From Dehalococcoidia bacterium (GTDB lineage: Bacteria; Chloroflexota; Dehalococcoidia; Lucifugimonadales; UBA1123), in NCBI GenBank assembly GCA_965248005.1, contig CBDFIE010000003.1, positions 1,494,498 to 1,558,497 on the forward strand: 64,000 nucleotides of DNA, read 5' to 3'. The translations under genes were made by a program, and so were the position numbers. The notes under the pieces are model-generated. The model ran no database searches. It was not told where the DNA came from and was given only the letters and a program-made list of their open reading frames with translations. Position 1 is the first letter of the stretch. Every line of letters begins with the position of its first letter. Shown here piece by piece: positions 1-9,444 of the stretch.

Positions 1-1
1 G

Positions 2-793
2 GAGCAGGACTATCGGCAGACCCAGACCATCCCAAGCCTCGAGGCCGAGTTCGCCCACTTCGGCACATATGAGATCGAAGGCGACCTCGCCCTGAAGCTG
101 GCGGAGTTCATTCGCGGTAAGGGTTACCACGCCCAGATCCACAGCCCCAATGACAACAGTTCGGCCTTTATCCCGATGTTTGTGGCGGCTGGCCTAGGCC
201 AGCTAGGGGCCAACGGGCAGCTGCTTTCGCCCCACTTTGGGTCGCGGGCTCGCCTCATGATTATCACCACCGACGCGCCGGTGACCTACGACCAGGCGGT
301 CGACTACGGTATCCACAAGTTCTGCCAGATCTGTCAGGTGTGCGTGAACCGCTGTCCGGGCCGAGCGCTTGAAAAGGAGAAGGTGTGGTGGCGGGGCGTG
401 GAGAAGAACAAGCTCGTCTATGAGCGGTGTCGCCCAGTGATGGCGCGCTACGAGGGCTGCGCGGTCTGCATGAAGGTCTGCCCGGTCCAGCGCTACGGCA
501 TGAAGCCCGTGATGGAGCACTACGTGGAGACCGGCGAGGTCCTGGGCAAAGGGACGGACAATCTCGAAGGGTTCGCGCTGCGCGACAAGGGCTACTTCGG
601 CCCCGGCAAGCTCCCCCAATTCGACCGTGAGTTTTTCGAGATCCCGCACGGCACCAAGGACGAGTGGCTGTTCGAGCAGTTCAAGCACAGGATGGAAGAG
701 AACGGCGGGCCGTCGGCCGACGAGGTTTCGGAGTTCGCGGCGAAGCTTCAGGAGATCGTCACCAAGGGCAGGACCACCAGGGGCGATGAGTGA
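2..793 (+). CDS. Fe-S oxidoreductase, QueG/reductive-dehalogenase-like, C-terminal part (5' end lies outside the window)
   Basis: The frame is open from nt 2 (EQDYRQTQTIPSLEAEF...), so the listed Met at 176 is internal. Two Cys clusters, CQICQVCVNRCP and CAVCMKVCP, fit a 2x[4Fe-4S] domain. They are preceded by GLGQLGANGQLLSPHFGSR, as in QueG/RdhA-type proteins. Confidence 0.6.
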   Translation, partial: EQDYRQTQTIPSLEAEFAHFGTYEIEGDLALKLAEFIRGKGYHAQIHSPNDNSSAFIPMFVAAGLGQLGANGQLLSPHFGSRARLMIITTDAPVTYDQAVDYGIHKFCQICQVCVNRCPGRALEKEKVWWRGVEKNKLVYERCRPVMARYEGCAVCMKVCPVQRYGMKPVMEHYVETGEVLGKGTDNLEGFALRDKGYFGPGKLPQFDREFFEIPHGTKDEWLFEQFKHRMEENGGPSADEVSEFAAKLQEIVTKGRTTRGDE

Positions 794-914
794 GCCGAGC
801 CTAGAACCGTAACCCTTCAGATAACCCATTGACCGTTCGACACATGCAGGGTCAGCGCCTCACCGGTACTGACCATGCACGGCGTAAACGAGCGTTCGAC
901 AGGAGTCGCGACAC

Positions 915-1112
915 ATGGCAATGTTCCAAAAAGAGCACATCGACGCGCTGTTCGGTGAGCTGATACGAGACTACAGCGACAAGCCCGAGAGCGAGCAGCT
1001 ACACCGCGACGCCCACCTGGCCATCGCTTACCACGACGCCGGCCGCCCGCTCCCCGAATCCATCGACCCGATCGTGACGGCCCTGATCGACGCCCACAAG
1101 CCGTCCGGATAG
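915..1112 (+). CDS. small hypothetical protein (65 aa)
   Basis: ATG ORF lying alone in an intergenic gap. Its composition looks like real protein and I recognise no motif. Confidence 0.35.
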   Translation: MAMFQKEHIDALFGELIRDYSDKPESEQLHRDAHLAIAYHDAGRPLPESIDPIVTALIDAHKPSG

Positions 1113-1252
1113 GACACGGCAGACAATCCGCTCGGAAGACCGCGGCCGCAAGGGTGGCAGCCTGCCAGAATCCTGCGAGTCCTTCCAGTCCATGTGACCC
1201 GGACGTCCCGGTCGTTAATGTTTATCGCCGATATTGACCCTGGAGGCGTGGA

Positions 1253-2938
1253 ATGACAGCCGAAGCCAAGACGAACCTTAAACGGAAAAGCGGCGTCCAG
1301 ACCGACGGGCCGGAACGGGCGGGCGCCCGAGCAATGCTGCGCGCCACCGGCCTTACGGACGACGACATGGACAAGCCCTTCGTGGCGGTGGCCAATCTGG
1401 CTTCCGACGTCACGCCGTGCAACGTCCACCTCAACCGCCTGGCGCTGCGCGTCAAGGACGGCCTGCGTGACGCCGAGAGCGTGCCATTCATGTTCGGTAC
1501 CATCACCATCAGCGACGGTATTTCGATGGGCACCGAGGGGATGAAGGCGTCCCTGGTCAGCCGCGAGGTCATAGCCGACTCCATAGAGACCGTGGTCTTC
1601 GGCGAGAGCATGGATGGCCTGGTGGTAGTGGCCGCCTGCGACAAGAACATGCCCGGCGCGATGATGGCCATGGCCCGACTTAACATCCCATCGCTGTTCG
1701 TCTACGGCGGCGCGATAATGGCGGGAAACTGGCAGGGGAAGGACATCAATATCCAGGACATGTATGAGGCCATCGGCGCTTTCTCCCAGGGCAAGATCAG
1801 CCTCGATGAGCTGACGGGCATGGAGCGCGTGGCGTGCCCGGGCGAGGGCGCGTGCGCGGGAATGTTCACCGCCAACACCATGGCGTCGGCCATCGAGGCC
1901 ATGGGGATGTCCGTCCCCGGCGCGGCATCGGTCCCGGCCATCGACCCCCGTAACGAGGAGATCGCCTTCGACGCGGGTAAGCTGCTCTACACCCTACTGG
2001 AGCGGGACATCAAGCCCCGCGACATCATGACCCACGACGCGTTCGAGAACGCCATACGGGTGGTGCTGGCCATGGGCGGCTCCACCAACTCGGTCCTCCA
2101 CCTGGTTGCGATGGCCCACGAGGCCGAGGTGGACATAACCATCGACGATTTCGACCGGCTGAGCCGCACCACGCCGTATATCACGGACCTGCGACCGGCG
2201 GGGCGGTACGTTATGCCCGACATGGACCGCTCAGGCGGGCTACCCGTGGTGATGAACGAGCTGCTCGGCGCCGGGCTGCTCCACGGCGATGCCCTGACGA
2301 TTACCGGCAAGACGGTCGCCGAGAACCTGGCGGGAGTCGACAAAAAGCCCGACGGTAAAGTCATCTATCCGGTATCGAGTCCCCGGAGCCCAACGGGCGG
2401 CCTGGCGATACTCAAGGGCAACCTTGCCCCCGACGGGGCGGTTATGAAGGTGTCGGGCAGTAAACGGCTGCGGCACGAGGGGCCGGCCCGCGTGTACGAT
2501 GGCGAGCGCGCCGCCTTTGCGGCGGTGACCCGAGGCGACCTCAACCCTGGCGACGTTCTGGTGCTTCGATACGAAGGACCGAAAGGCGGGCCGGGGATGC
2601 AGGAGATGCTGGCCGTAACAGGCGCCATCATGGGCACGGACCTGGGGGACAACGTGCTGCTGCTGACCGACGGACGCTTCTCGGGCGCCACCCATGGGCC
2701 GATGATAGGCCACGTCGCGCCGGAGGCCGCGGTGGGGGGGGCCATCGCCCTGGTCCGGGAAGGTGACATCATCACGCTGGATGCCGAGGCGCGTCAGCTA
2801 AACGTGAATTTGTCCGTCCAGGAGCTGGACCGGCGTCGCCGGGAGTGGAAGCCGCCCGTCTCCCAATACACCCGTGGCGTCATGGCCAAGTACGCCAAGC
2901 TGGTCTCGTCGGCATCGCAGGGCGCGGTTACGACCTAG
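1253..2938 (+). CDS. ilvD: dihydroxy-acid dehydratase
   Basis: The 561-aa product has the typical IlvD/Edd N-terminus ([23 protein letters not shown]) and CDKNMPG and GGSTN motifs. GGAGG lies 6 nt upstream of the ATG. Confidence 0.97.
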   Translation: MTAEAKTNLKRKSGVQTDGPERAGARAMLRATGLTDDDMDKPFVAVANLASDVTPCNVHLNRLALRVKDGLRDAESVPFMFGTITISDGISMGTEGMKASLVSREVIADSIETVVFGESMDGLVVVAACDKNMPGAMMAMARLNIPSLFVYGGAIMAGNWQGKDINIQDMYEAIGAFSQGKISLDELTGMERVACPGEGACAGMFTANTMASAIEAMGMSVPGAASVPAIDPRNEEIAFDAGKLLYTLLERDIKPRDIMTHDAFENAIRVVLAMGGSTNSVLHLVAMAHEAEVDITIDDFDRLSRTTPYITDLRPAGRYVMPDMDRSGGLPVVMNELLGAGLLHGDALTITGKTVAENLAGVDKKPDGKVIYPVSSPRSPTGGLAILKGNLAPDGAVMKVSGSKRLRHEGPARVYDGERAAFAAVTRGDLNPGDVLVLRYEGPKGGPGMQEMLAVTGAIMGTDLGDNVLLLTDGRFSGATHGPMIGHVAPEAAVGGAIALVREGDIITLDAEARQLNVNLSVQELDRRRREWKPPVSQYTRGVMAKYAKLVSSASQGAVTT

Positions 2939-2940
2939 GC

Positions 2941-3400
2941 TACCACTGTCATTCTGAGGTCCGACTTGTCGGGATGAAGAAACTGGTGGCGAGGGGCCGC
3001 CCCACTCCTCCAGATTGCTTCGTCGGTTACCGCCTCCTCGCAACGACGAATCATGAGCGCATTTCAGAGACGCCCCGCCAGGCAGCAGCGCGGCTTTGGA
3101 TCACGGCCATGACTCTGAATCCCGACCCAGGCCACCATTGTCATTCTGAGGTCCGACTTGTCGGGATGAAGAAACTGGTGGCGACGGGCCGCCCCACTCC
3201 TCCAGATTGCTTCGTCCGTTACCGCCTCCTCGCAACGACGAATCATGAGCGTATTTCAGAGACGCCCCGCCAGGCAGCAGCGCGACTTTGGATCACGGCC
3301 ATGACTCTGAATCCGCCAGAGGCCACCACCGTCATTGCGAGTCCCGATGAATCGGGACGACGAAGCAATCTGGCGGGGTGGAGACGGAAATCCCGCAGCA
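2941..3400. repeat. tandem array of a ~192-nt unit: two near-identical copies plus a diverged partial third
   Basis: Units start at gtcattctgag (2948 and 3140) and gtcattgcgag (3331). Each carries internal hairpins. The spurious ORF 2845..3453 shows the duplicated peptide HCHSEVRLVGMKKLVA. Confidence 0.85.
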
Positions 3401-3410
3401 GCCGGACGCC

Positions 3411-3809
3411 TCACACCGCCGAGGCAGCCATCTCCCGGTCGATGGCCTGGTAGAGCTGGTCCGAAGAGATAAGGCCCACGAGCTGGCCATCCTCCATCAC
3501 GGGGAGGTGGTCCATGTCGCGGTCGATCATCATTATTGAGGCGTCTCCGAAGTGCAATTGCGGGGAGACCGTCTGCCTCTGTAATGTCATGTGCTTGTAC
3601 ACCTGGCACTTCCACGACACGTGGCTGTCACCCAGGCACCCTAGCGCCATGTCCCTGTCCGTGATGATGCCCTCGACCCTCTGGTCGCGCATCACAACCA
3701 GACAGTTCGCGCCCGTCTCCCTCATCAGCTCGGCGGCGTCGGATATGTTCGTCTCCACGCCGACGGCGTAGGGGTTGCGGTTCATTAGCTCTCTGACTTC
3801 CACTTCCAT
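3411..3809 (-). CDS. CBS-domain pair protein
   Basis: Tandem CBS motifs (VVMRDQRVEGIITDRDM and HLPVMEDGQLVGLISSDQL). I prefer the second Met (MEVEVRELM) because GGAGAGAGGGGG lies directly upstream; the longest ORF would start at 3839. Confidence 0.85.
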   Translation of the reverse strand: MEVEVRELMNRNPYAVGVETNISDAAELMRETGANCLVVMRDQRVEGIITDRDMALGCLGDSHVSWKCQVYKHMTLQRQTVSPQLHFGDASIMMIDRDMDHLPVMEDGQLVGLISSDQLYQAIDREMAASAV

Positions 3810-4066
3810 CCCCCTCTCTCCGGGTAGGTCCGTGCCCATCAGACCTCACCCGACCTGCTGTTGGTCCGCTCAGCGCACCGAATCTATCGGGCGCGGCTCA
3901 CTCGACGTATTGATTGTGATTCCCGTCACTATCGTAGCAAACATTTGTCGCAGCGTGTTACAGGTGTGTTGCAATCATGTAACCTCCTTGAGCAGCGTCC
4001 GGAGTGGCTCACTCGCCCTGCGCCGAGCCAATGGCCGCTAATTCCGATTTGTGATACATTTCATTT

Positions 4067-4774
4067 ATGTCTCAGGCAGTCGTAAATCCGGTGGCCACGG
4101 TGAGCTCCGAGAGCCGTTGGGTTCGAGACGTCCTTCTGGTCTCGGGCGGGGTCCTAATGGCGGTCACCCTATACCTGGTATTTCTGTGGGTCCCGACCGA
4201 GCGGACCCTCGGCGCCTCCTACCGGATCTTCTATTTCCACGTGCCGCTGGGCTGGATAGGCATGGTCTCCATCATCGTGGTCGCCGTTGCCAGCGTGCTG
4301 CACCTTCTCACCGGCAAAGAAAAGTGGGACAGCCTCGCCTACGCGACTGCCGAGCTGGGGGTCGTTTTCGCGACCCTGATTATCGTGACCGGTTCCGTCT
4401 GGGCCAAGCCAGTTTGGGGCGTATGGTGGACCTGGGATGCCAAGCTTACGACGACGCTGGTGTTGTGGTTTATCTACGTGGGTTACCTGATGGTCAGGGC
4501 GTATGGACCGGTCGGCGGCCAGGGAAGGCGGTTCGCGTCGGTCATCGCGCTGATCGGCGCTATCGACGCGCCCATCATCTTCAAGGCCACGGACTGGTGG
4601 CGCGGCACCCATCCCGAGCGCAATGTGCCCTTCGACCTGGACGAGCGCATGGTGCTGACCTTCTTCGTGTCTCTGGGGGCGTTTACAGTGCTGTACGCCT
4701 ACCTGCTCCTGGAGCGATATGCGCTTAAGAGAGCGGAATCCGACCTCGATCGGCTCTACCAGGGTTTTTCGTAA
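4067..4774 (+). CDS. ccmC: heme exporter / cytochrome c maturation protein CcmC
   Basis: Polytopic membrane protein carrying the Trp-rich WAKPVWGVWWTWDAKL signature (WGxxWxWD) and conserved His residues. Confidence 0.9.
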   Translation: MSQAVVNPVATVSSESRWVRDVLLVSGGVLMAVTLYLVFLWVPTERTLGASYRIFYFHVPLGWIGMVSIIVVAVASVLHLLTGKEKWDSLAYATAELGVVFATLIIVTGSVWAKPVWGVWWTWDAKLTTTLVLWFIYVGYLMVRAYGPVGGQGRRFASVIALIGAIDAPIIFKATDWWRGTHPERNVPFDLDERMVLTFFVSLGAFTVLYAYLLLERYALKRAESDLDRLYQGFS

Positions 4775-5108
4775 CTTGCGGAACTTCGCCGCGTCCATCC
4801 TCTTGGCGCTGGTGGTGCTGGCCGTTACGATGGCTACGGACCCCGCACCGCTGGGTGCCTTCGACGGCGAGGCAGCGAGCGTGGGCCACGGGGCCGCACC
4901 GCCACCCCAGAACGGTGGCGACGCTGAGGCGAATCTACCCTACCTCTTCGCCGTGTACATCATCACCTGGGCGGCTTTCTTCGCCTACGTTTTTTACCTG
5001 TCTCGCCGACAGCGGGACATGAGGAGCGAGATCGAGGCGCTTAAGCGAGCGCTCGCCCAGCGCGAAGCCGCGGAAAACGCCGACAGCCAGCCAGAGTCCG
5101 AGGTCTAG
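4719..5108 (+). CDS. CcmD-like small membrane protein (alternative CcmD family); start uncertain
   Basis: The C-terminal part LPYLFAVYIITWAAFFAYVFYLSRRQRDM is a single TM helix followed by basic residues, as in CcmD, and the gene sits between ccmC and ccmE. The ATG at 4719 (GGAG upstream) overlaps ccmC by 56 nt. Alternative starts are TTG 4776 and ATG 4830. Confidence 0.6.
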   Translation: MRLRERNPTSIGSTRVFRNLRNFAASILLALVVLAVTMATDPAPLGAFDGEAASVGHGAAPPPQNGGDAEANLPYLFAVYIITWAAFFAYVFYLSRRQRDMRSEIEALKRALAQREAAENADSQPESEV

Positions 5109-5222
5109 TGAGCTTGAGCTTCCGTTCGTTCCGTGCCTGCACATTCGCTGCGCTCGATGGAGCCGAGGGTTTACGGAACAACGGCCCTGATTACAGATAA
5201 ACACAATCGAGAATACTGAAAC

Positions 5223-5696
5223 ATGGCACCAAATATGTCCGAAACAGCCTCGCCTCTGCAAGAGATGTCCGCCCCCGCCGACGGCGCGTTGAACGCCAAC
5301 CGCGGTAAGCTCCTCATCGCCCTGGTGGTGTTGGTCGGCGCTCTGGGCTACTTCGGCTTCGTGGCCTTCGAGGGCGCGACCGTCTACTACTACACGGTGG
5401 GGGAGATGAACGAGATTGGTCCGTCGCCCGAGGGCAAAGCGGTCCGTGTCAGCGGTAAGCTGGTGCCCGAGACCTTTCACCGCGCCGACGGTTCCACCAT
5501 CGCCGAGTTCGCGCTGACGGACGGTTCAGCGCGGATGTCCGCGGTGCACGAGGGGGTGCTTCCGGACCTGTTCTTTGACGACCACTCGGAGATTATTCTT
5601 GAAGGGACCTACGGTCCGGACGGCGTATTCGCGAGCGAGAACGTCATCGTCAAGTGCCCCTCGAAGTACGTCGCCATCGAAGACGAGCAGAGCTGA
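5223..5696 (+). CDS. ccmE: cytochrome c maturation heme chaperone CcmE, CxxxY variant
   Basis: N-terminal TM anchor plus an OB-fold core (VRVSGKLVPETF, EGVLPDLF, EIILEG). The C-terminal motif is VKCPSKY where canonical CcmE has HxxxY. Confidence 0.85.
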   Translation: MAPNMSETASPLQEMSAPADGALNANRGKLLIALVVLVGALGYFGFVAFEGATVYYYTVGEMNEIGPSPEGKAVRVSGKLVPETFHRADGSTIAEFALTDGSARMSAVHEGVLPDLFFDDHSEIILEGTYGPDGVFASENVIVKCPSKYVAIEDEQS

Positions 5697-5787
5697 AGAC
5701 CCGGTTTGCGGCGCGTCCCAGACCTCGTTCCGGCTGGCTCCGCCCCTTTTAGCAGCCGAATCGGTAAGCGGATGAAGACGTAGCTCT

Positions 5788-6207
5788 ATGCGGCAACACC
5801 GTGACGGCATCGCACGAATCCTGGCATACGCCGGACTGCTTCTGATCGTGGCGCTAGTAGCGGTAGCGTGCGACGAACCGAGCGCCGGGCCCGCGCCGGG
5901 CCCTGACGACGCGCAGACAGCCGCGCAGCTCCCGACGGCCACACCCACCGTCACGGCCACTCCGACGCCGCAGCCGACGCCTACACCGACCCCTACTGCC
6001 ACGGCCACACCCACGCCGACGCCCACGGTGACGCCCACTCCCACGGCGACCGCCCCTGCTACCGGCGCCGTCGCGCCAGGCCCAGCCCCGGCGCGACCAT
6101 CCTCGAAAACGCGGCCCGGGCCATGGCCGCCGTCCAGTCGTTCCACTTCGACATCGATGCGAAACTGTCCATCTCCAGCGAGGGCGCGTCACTGGACGTT
6201 CCCATAG
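5788..6207 (+). CDS. lipoprotein signal peptide plus Thr/Pro-rich linker; probably the 5' part of the next gene, separated from it by a frameshift
   Basis: [12 protein letters not shown] lipobox followed by [18 protein letters not shown]. The last ~40 codons ([21 protein letters not shown]...) look out of frame. Confidence 0.5.
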   Translation: MRQHRDGIARILAYAGLLLIVALVAVACDEPSAGPAPGPDDAQTAAQLPTATPTVTATPTPQPTPTPTPTATATPTPTPTVTPTPTATAPATGAVAPGPAPARPSSKTRPGPWPPSSRSTSTSMRNCPSPARARHWTFP

Positions 6208-7919
6208 ACCTAAAGGGCGATTTCCAGGCGCCGGACCGGACTCGCGGTACCCTCGTCGTGAGCTTCCTGATTTTTCAGGTCGAGTCCCAGTTCGTCAGCA
6301 TCGGCGACACCAGCTACGCTACCGACCCTGAGACCGGCCAGTGGACTGTCGAACAGGACTCGGCCCTGGATTTCGTGGACCCGGCGGCCATTGCGAGCCC
6401 GGAGCTACTGGCCGAGGCGGCCGGACTGGCGGACCTGATTCTGGTTGGAACCGGCGCGCTGGGCGGTGTCCAGGTACATGAACTCGCGGGCCGGCTTTCG
6501 GACGAGGCAGGGGCCGGAGAGTTGGACGTGACCTACTGGATCGGGGTCGACGATGGCCTGATCCATCAGGTCGACCTGAAGGGCCAGTTCGAGCTTGACG
6601 AGGAACTCGGCGGGATCATACCGGTCGGCGACATCGAGGTCAGCGAGGCCACTATCGAAGCCGTACTCACGCTCTCGGACTTCGGCAAGCCCGTACAGAT
6701 CGAAGCGCCGGAGGTCGCCGCTCCCCCGGCGAGCGGGACCGCGGCCCGGGACGTTCCGGAATCGATTATGGCAACGCCGTTGGACTCGGGCTGGGTGCGC
6801 TATAAGGCGATGGGGGACGAATTTGCGCTATCTCTGCCTCCCGAGTGGGAGATCGTGCAGCTCAACCTGGACGATGTCCCCGCCAGCCTGGAATCGCTCG
6901 GGGCCGAGAACCGGGTACTTGCCGGCCGGGTCACGCGTCAGATCGAGATACTCCCCGAGGCCGGTGAAGTAAAGCTATTCGGGTTCGATCGCGGCGGCCC
7001 TCCAGCGGACGAGGGCCTCACGAGCGTCAGCGTCGTTGGGCAGGATGCGGGGGTCGTGCTATCGCTGGACTTTTACGCGGCCCTGGGGATGCAGCTCGTC
7101 CTGGCCCTGCCCGGGTTGGATGGACAGGTAGAGCGGAACAGGGTGAGCCTGTTCGGCACCGCCGCCGAGGAGCTGCGCTACACCCTCAACCTGCCCGATC
7201 CCGTCTACCGCGATGCGCGCCTCAGCGTGATCCAGTACCTGTTCGCCAAGGGCACCGTACTTTGGGCGCTCACACTGGCGACCCCCGCGGACACGGCTGA
7301 GGAGAACTTAACGGTCCTCGAGGATATCGCCCAGAGCATCGAGGTCCCCGCGTTGGCGGGCGGCCCGACTCAGGGAGCATCAAAACAACCTGCACAGGAG
7401 ACAACCATGGCAAAGAGCTACGACTCGCCCCCTGCGATGGCCATCGACGCGACCAAGAGCTACAGGGCCACGTTCACGATGGAAGGAGGCGGCGAGTTCG
7501 TCGTGGAGCTATACGCCGCGGAAGCGCCGGTGACCGTGAACAACTTCGTGTTCCTGGCCCGTGACGGCTTTTACGACGGCGTCACGTTTCATCGGGTGAT
7601 CCCAGGCTTCATGGCCCAGGGCGGAGACCCGACCGGGACGGGCTCGGGAGGGCCCGGATATCGCTTCGGGGACGAGTTCCACGCCGACCGGCGCCACGAC
7701 AGGCCGGGAATCCTCTCGATGGCCAACGCCGGGCCTGGGACCAATGGCAGCCAGTTCTTCATTACCTTCGTGCCCACGCCTCACCTTGACGGCGCGCATA
7801 CGGTCTTCGGCGCCGTGATCGAAGGCATGGACGTCGTCAACGCCATCGCCGTACGCGACCCGTCCACCACCACGTCGCCGGGCGACGCCATCCGGTCCAT
7901 CGCCATCGAGGAGGGGTAG
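6123..7919 (+). CDS. LprG/LppX-like domain protein fused to a cyclophilin-type peptidyl-prolyl isomerase
   Basis: The C-terminal ~170 aa carry cyclophilin motifs ([37 protein letters not shown]). The N-terminal part ([10 protein letters not shown]...[14 protein letters not shown]...[10 protein letters not shown]) resembles LppX/LprAFG. The same frame reads sensibly upstream of the Met ([11 protein letters not shown]). Confidence 0.85.
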   Translation: MAAVQSFHFDIDAKLSISSEGASLDVPIDLKGDFQAPDRTRGTLVVSFLIFQVESQFVSIGDTSYATDPETGQWTVEQDSALDFVDPAAIASPELLAEAAGLADLILVGTGALGGVQVHELAGRLSDEAGAGELDVTYWIGVDDGLIHQVDLKGQFELDEELGGIIPVGDIEVSEATIEAVLTLSDFGKPVQIEAPEVAAPPASGTAARDVPESIMATPLDSGWVRYKAMGDEFALSLPPEWEIVQLNLDDVPASLESLGAENRVLAGRVTRQIEILPEAGEVKLFGFDRGGPPADEGLTSVSVVGQDAGVVLSLDFYAALGMQLVLALPGLDGQVERNRVSLFGTAAEELRYTLNLPDPVYRDARLSVIQYLFAKGTVLWALTLATPADTAEENLTVLEDIAQSIEVPALAGGPTQGASKQPAQETTMAKSYDSPPAMAIDATKSYRATFTMEGGGEFVVELYAAEAPVTVNNFVFLARDGFYDGVTFHRVIPGFMAQGGDPTGTGSGGPGYRFGDEFHADRRHDRPGILSMANAGPGTNGSQFFITFVPTPHLDGAHTVFGAVIEGMDVVNAIAVRDPSTTTSPGDAIRSIAIEEG

Positions 7920-7959
7920 CGCAGGGGCCGCTGCTCTCGGAATCCCCGTTGTGGCCCAC

Positions 7960-9294
7960 TCAGCCGGCGGCCGCCACGGCCGCGATGATCGCCGCGCCGA
8001 TGCCGGGCGCGTCTCGCACATACGAGAGCTGCACCCGTCTGGCGCTCCCGCTGCCCAGCAACCCCCGCAGTCCTCGCTCCACGTTGGCCCGATAGCCGGG
8101 GGCCAGCCGGAACAGGCTCCCGTCGGTGGCGACCACGTGGGTCGACTCAAGGTCGGCGTCTATGAAGAGCACCGTGGCGGCTATTCCCATGGCCACCAGC
8201 CGCGCCGAGCGGGCGACCACCAACCGACACAGGCGCCGCAACAGTCGTCTCTCGGCCAGCGTTGTCACGGGCACCCCCAGACGGCGCAGAAGCATCCCGG
8301 TGCTGGCGAGACCGTCCGAGCTGTCGTGCGCCACGTCCGACAGGCCCTCGGTGGTGAAGCCGTAGGGCACGCGGAAGGCTGACCGCACGCCGGTCCATTC
8401 CGAGAAGCTGTCCCCTCTGGAGGACAGGTCGGCGACCACCAGACGGACCAGCTCGCCCAGGTACTGGCCAGACACCATCTTCTCCATCAGCTGTCCCTCG
8501 GTACCCGAGCGATCGTCCAGCGTCCGATCGTAGTCGGTCTGAACCCCGGTTACCCCCGCGAAGTTACCCGACTCCATATTGAAAATCGTCTCGGCTGTGC
8601 GTCCAAAGGCGTGCGGCATGGGCGTGTCAACGAGCTCCCGGCCGACCGCGACCGCCATGTTGGTGCCGGTGCCGACCACGAGCCCGATGTCGCAGCGGGG
8701 GTCCAGGTAAGCGCCCGCGGCGAGGACACCGACGGTGTCGTTGGCCAGGGCGCTAACGCTGATGCTTCTCAGGGCTGGGCGAGACTCGGACTCTCGGGCT
8801 ATGGCATCTCGCAGCAGCCTCACCACATCGTTGCCGACGACGCCTTCGAACCTGAACTCCTTGGTCCACTTGACCAGTGTTCCCCTGGCGACGCCGTCCT
8901 GCTGAACGGGGAACGCGAAGATAAATCCGAGAGCGTAGCGCACGCCCGGCTCCAGCAGGTCGCCCAGGAAGGCGGCCAAAGGACCGAACAGCTCCTCGGC
9001 GGCGCCGGAGGTGGTCGAGAGGTGAAAGGCGTCGTGCCCAAGGACATCGACCGTGCCTCCGCCGGACAGCTCCACGATGGTCGCCCGCACGTTGCTGCCG
9101 CCCAGGTCGAGGGCGACGAAGCGTCCGGCCTCCCGTCCCGTGGGACGGCCCACGTAGGACGGGTTCATGGCGATGGAGCTGCGCTCCCCGACGAGACCCC
9201 GTCGAATCTCGCCCTGGAAATCGGCCAGCAGGTGCGACAGGGACTCGTTCGAAGGAGTGAGCAGGGAGGTCAGGGAATCGAACCGGTCTGGCAT
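7960..9294 (-). CDS. hexokinase-family sugar kinase (eukaryote-type hexokinase fold)
   Basis: The full motif series is present: LDLGGSNVR, GFIFAFPV, KWTKEF, NDTVGVL, GLVVGTGTNM, FNMESGNF, EKMVSGQYLGELVR. Confidence 0.85.
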   Translation of the reverse strand: MPDRFDSLTSLLTPSNESLSHLLADFQGEIRRGLVGERSSIAMNPSYVGRPTGREAGRFVALDLGGSNVRATIVELSGGGTVDVLGHDAFHLSTTSGAAEELFGPLAAFLGDLLEPGVRYALGFIFAFPVQQDGVARGTLVKWTKEFRFEGVVGNDVVRLLRDAIARESESRPALRSISVSALANDTVGVLAAGAYLDPRCDIGLVVGTGTNMAVAVGRELVDTPMPHAFGRTAETIFNMESGNFAGVTGVQTDYDRTLDDRSGTEGQLMEKMVSGQYLGELVRLVVADLSSRGDSFSEWTGVRSAFRVPYGFTTEGLSDVAHDSSDGLASTGMLLRRLGVPVTTLAERRLLRRLCRLVVARSARLVAMGIAATVLFIDADLESTHVVATDGSLFRLAPGYRANVERGLRGLLGSGSARRVQLSYVRDAPGIGAAIIAAVAAAG

Positions 9295-9444
9295 TGTTTC
9301 CGCACGCGGTCGTAAAGTCGGTCAGCCAGGTCTCAAGCAGGGAAACAGGTTGCTCCGATGCTTGAACTGAGGGCAAGGAGAGCTTAGCATATGAGGCTGT
9401 GTCCGGGGACCGCGCCGGACAATCTGAGAGGAGGGGTCAACCCT

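Noticed and set aside
2941-3400. The tandem repeats at 2941-3400 and 16052-16568 as CRISPR arrays.
   Set aside because: The units are about 190-210 nt and adjoin each other directly with no unique spacers. CRISPR repeats are 24-48 nt separated by spacers, and no cas genes are present.
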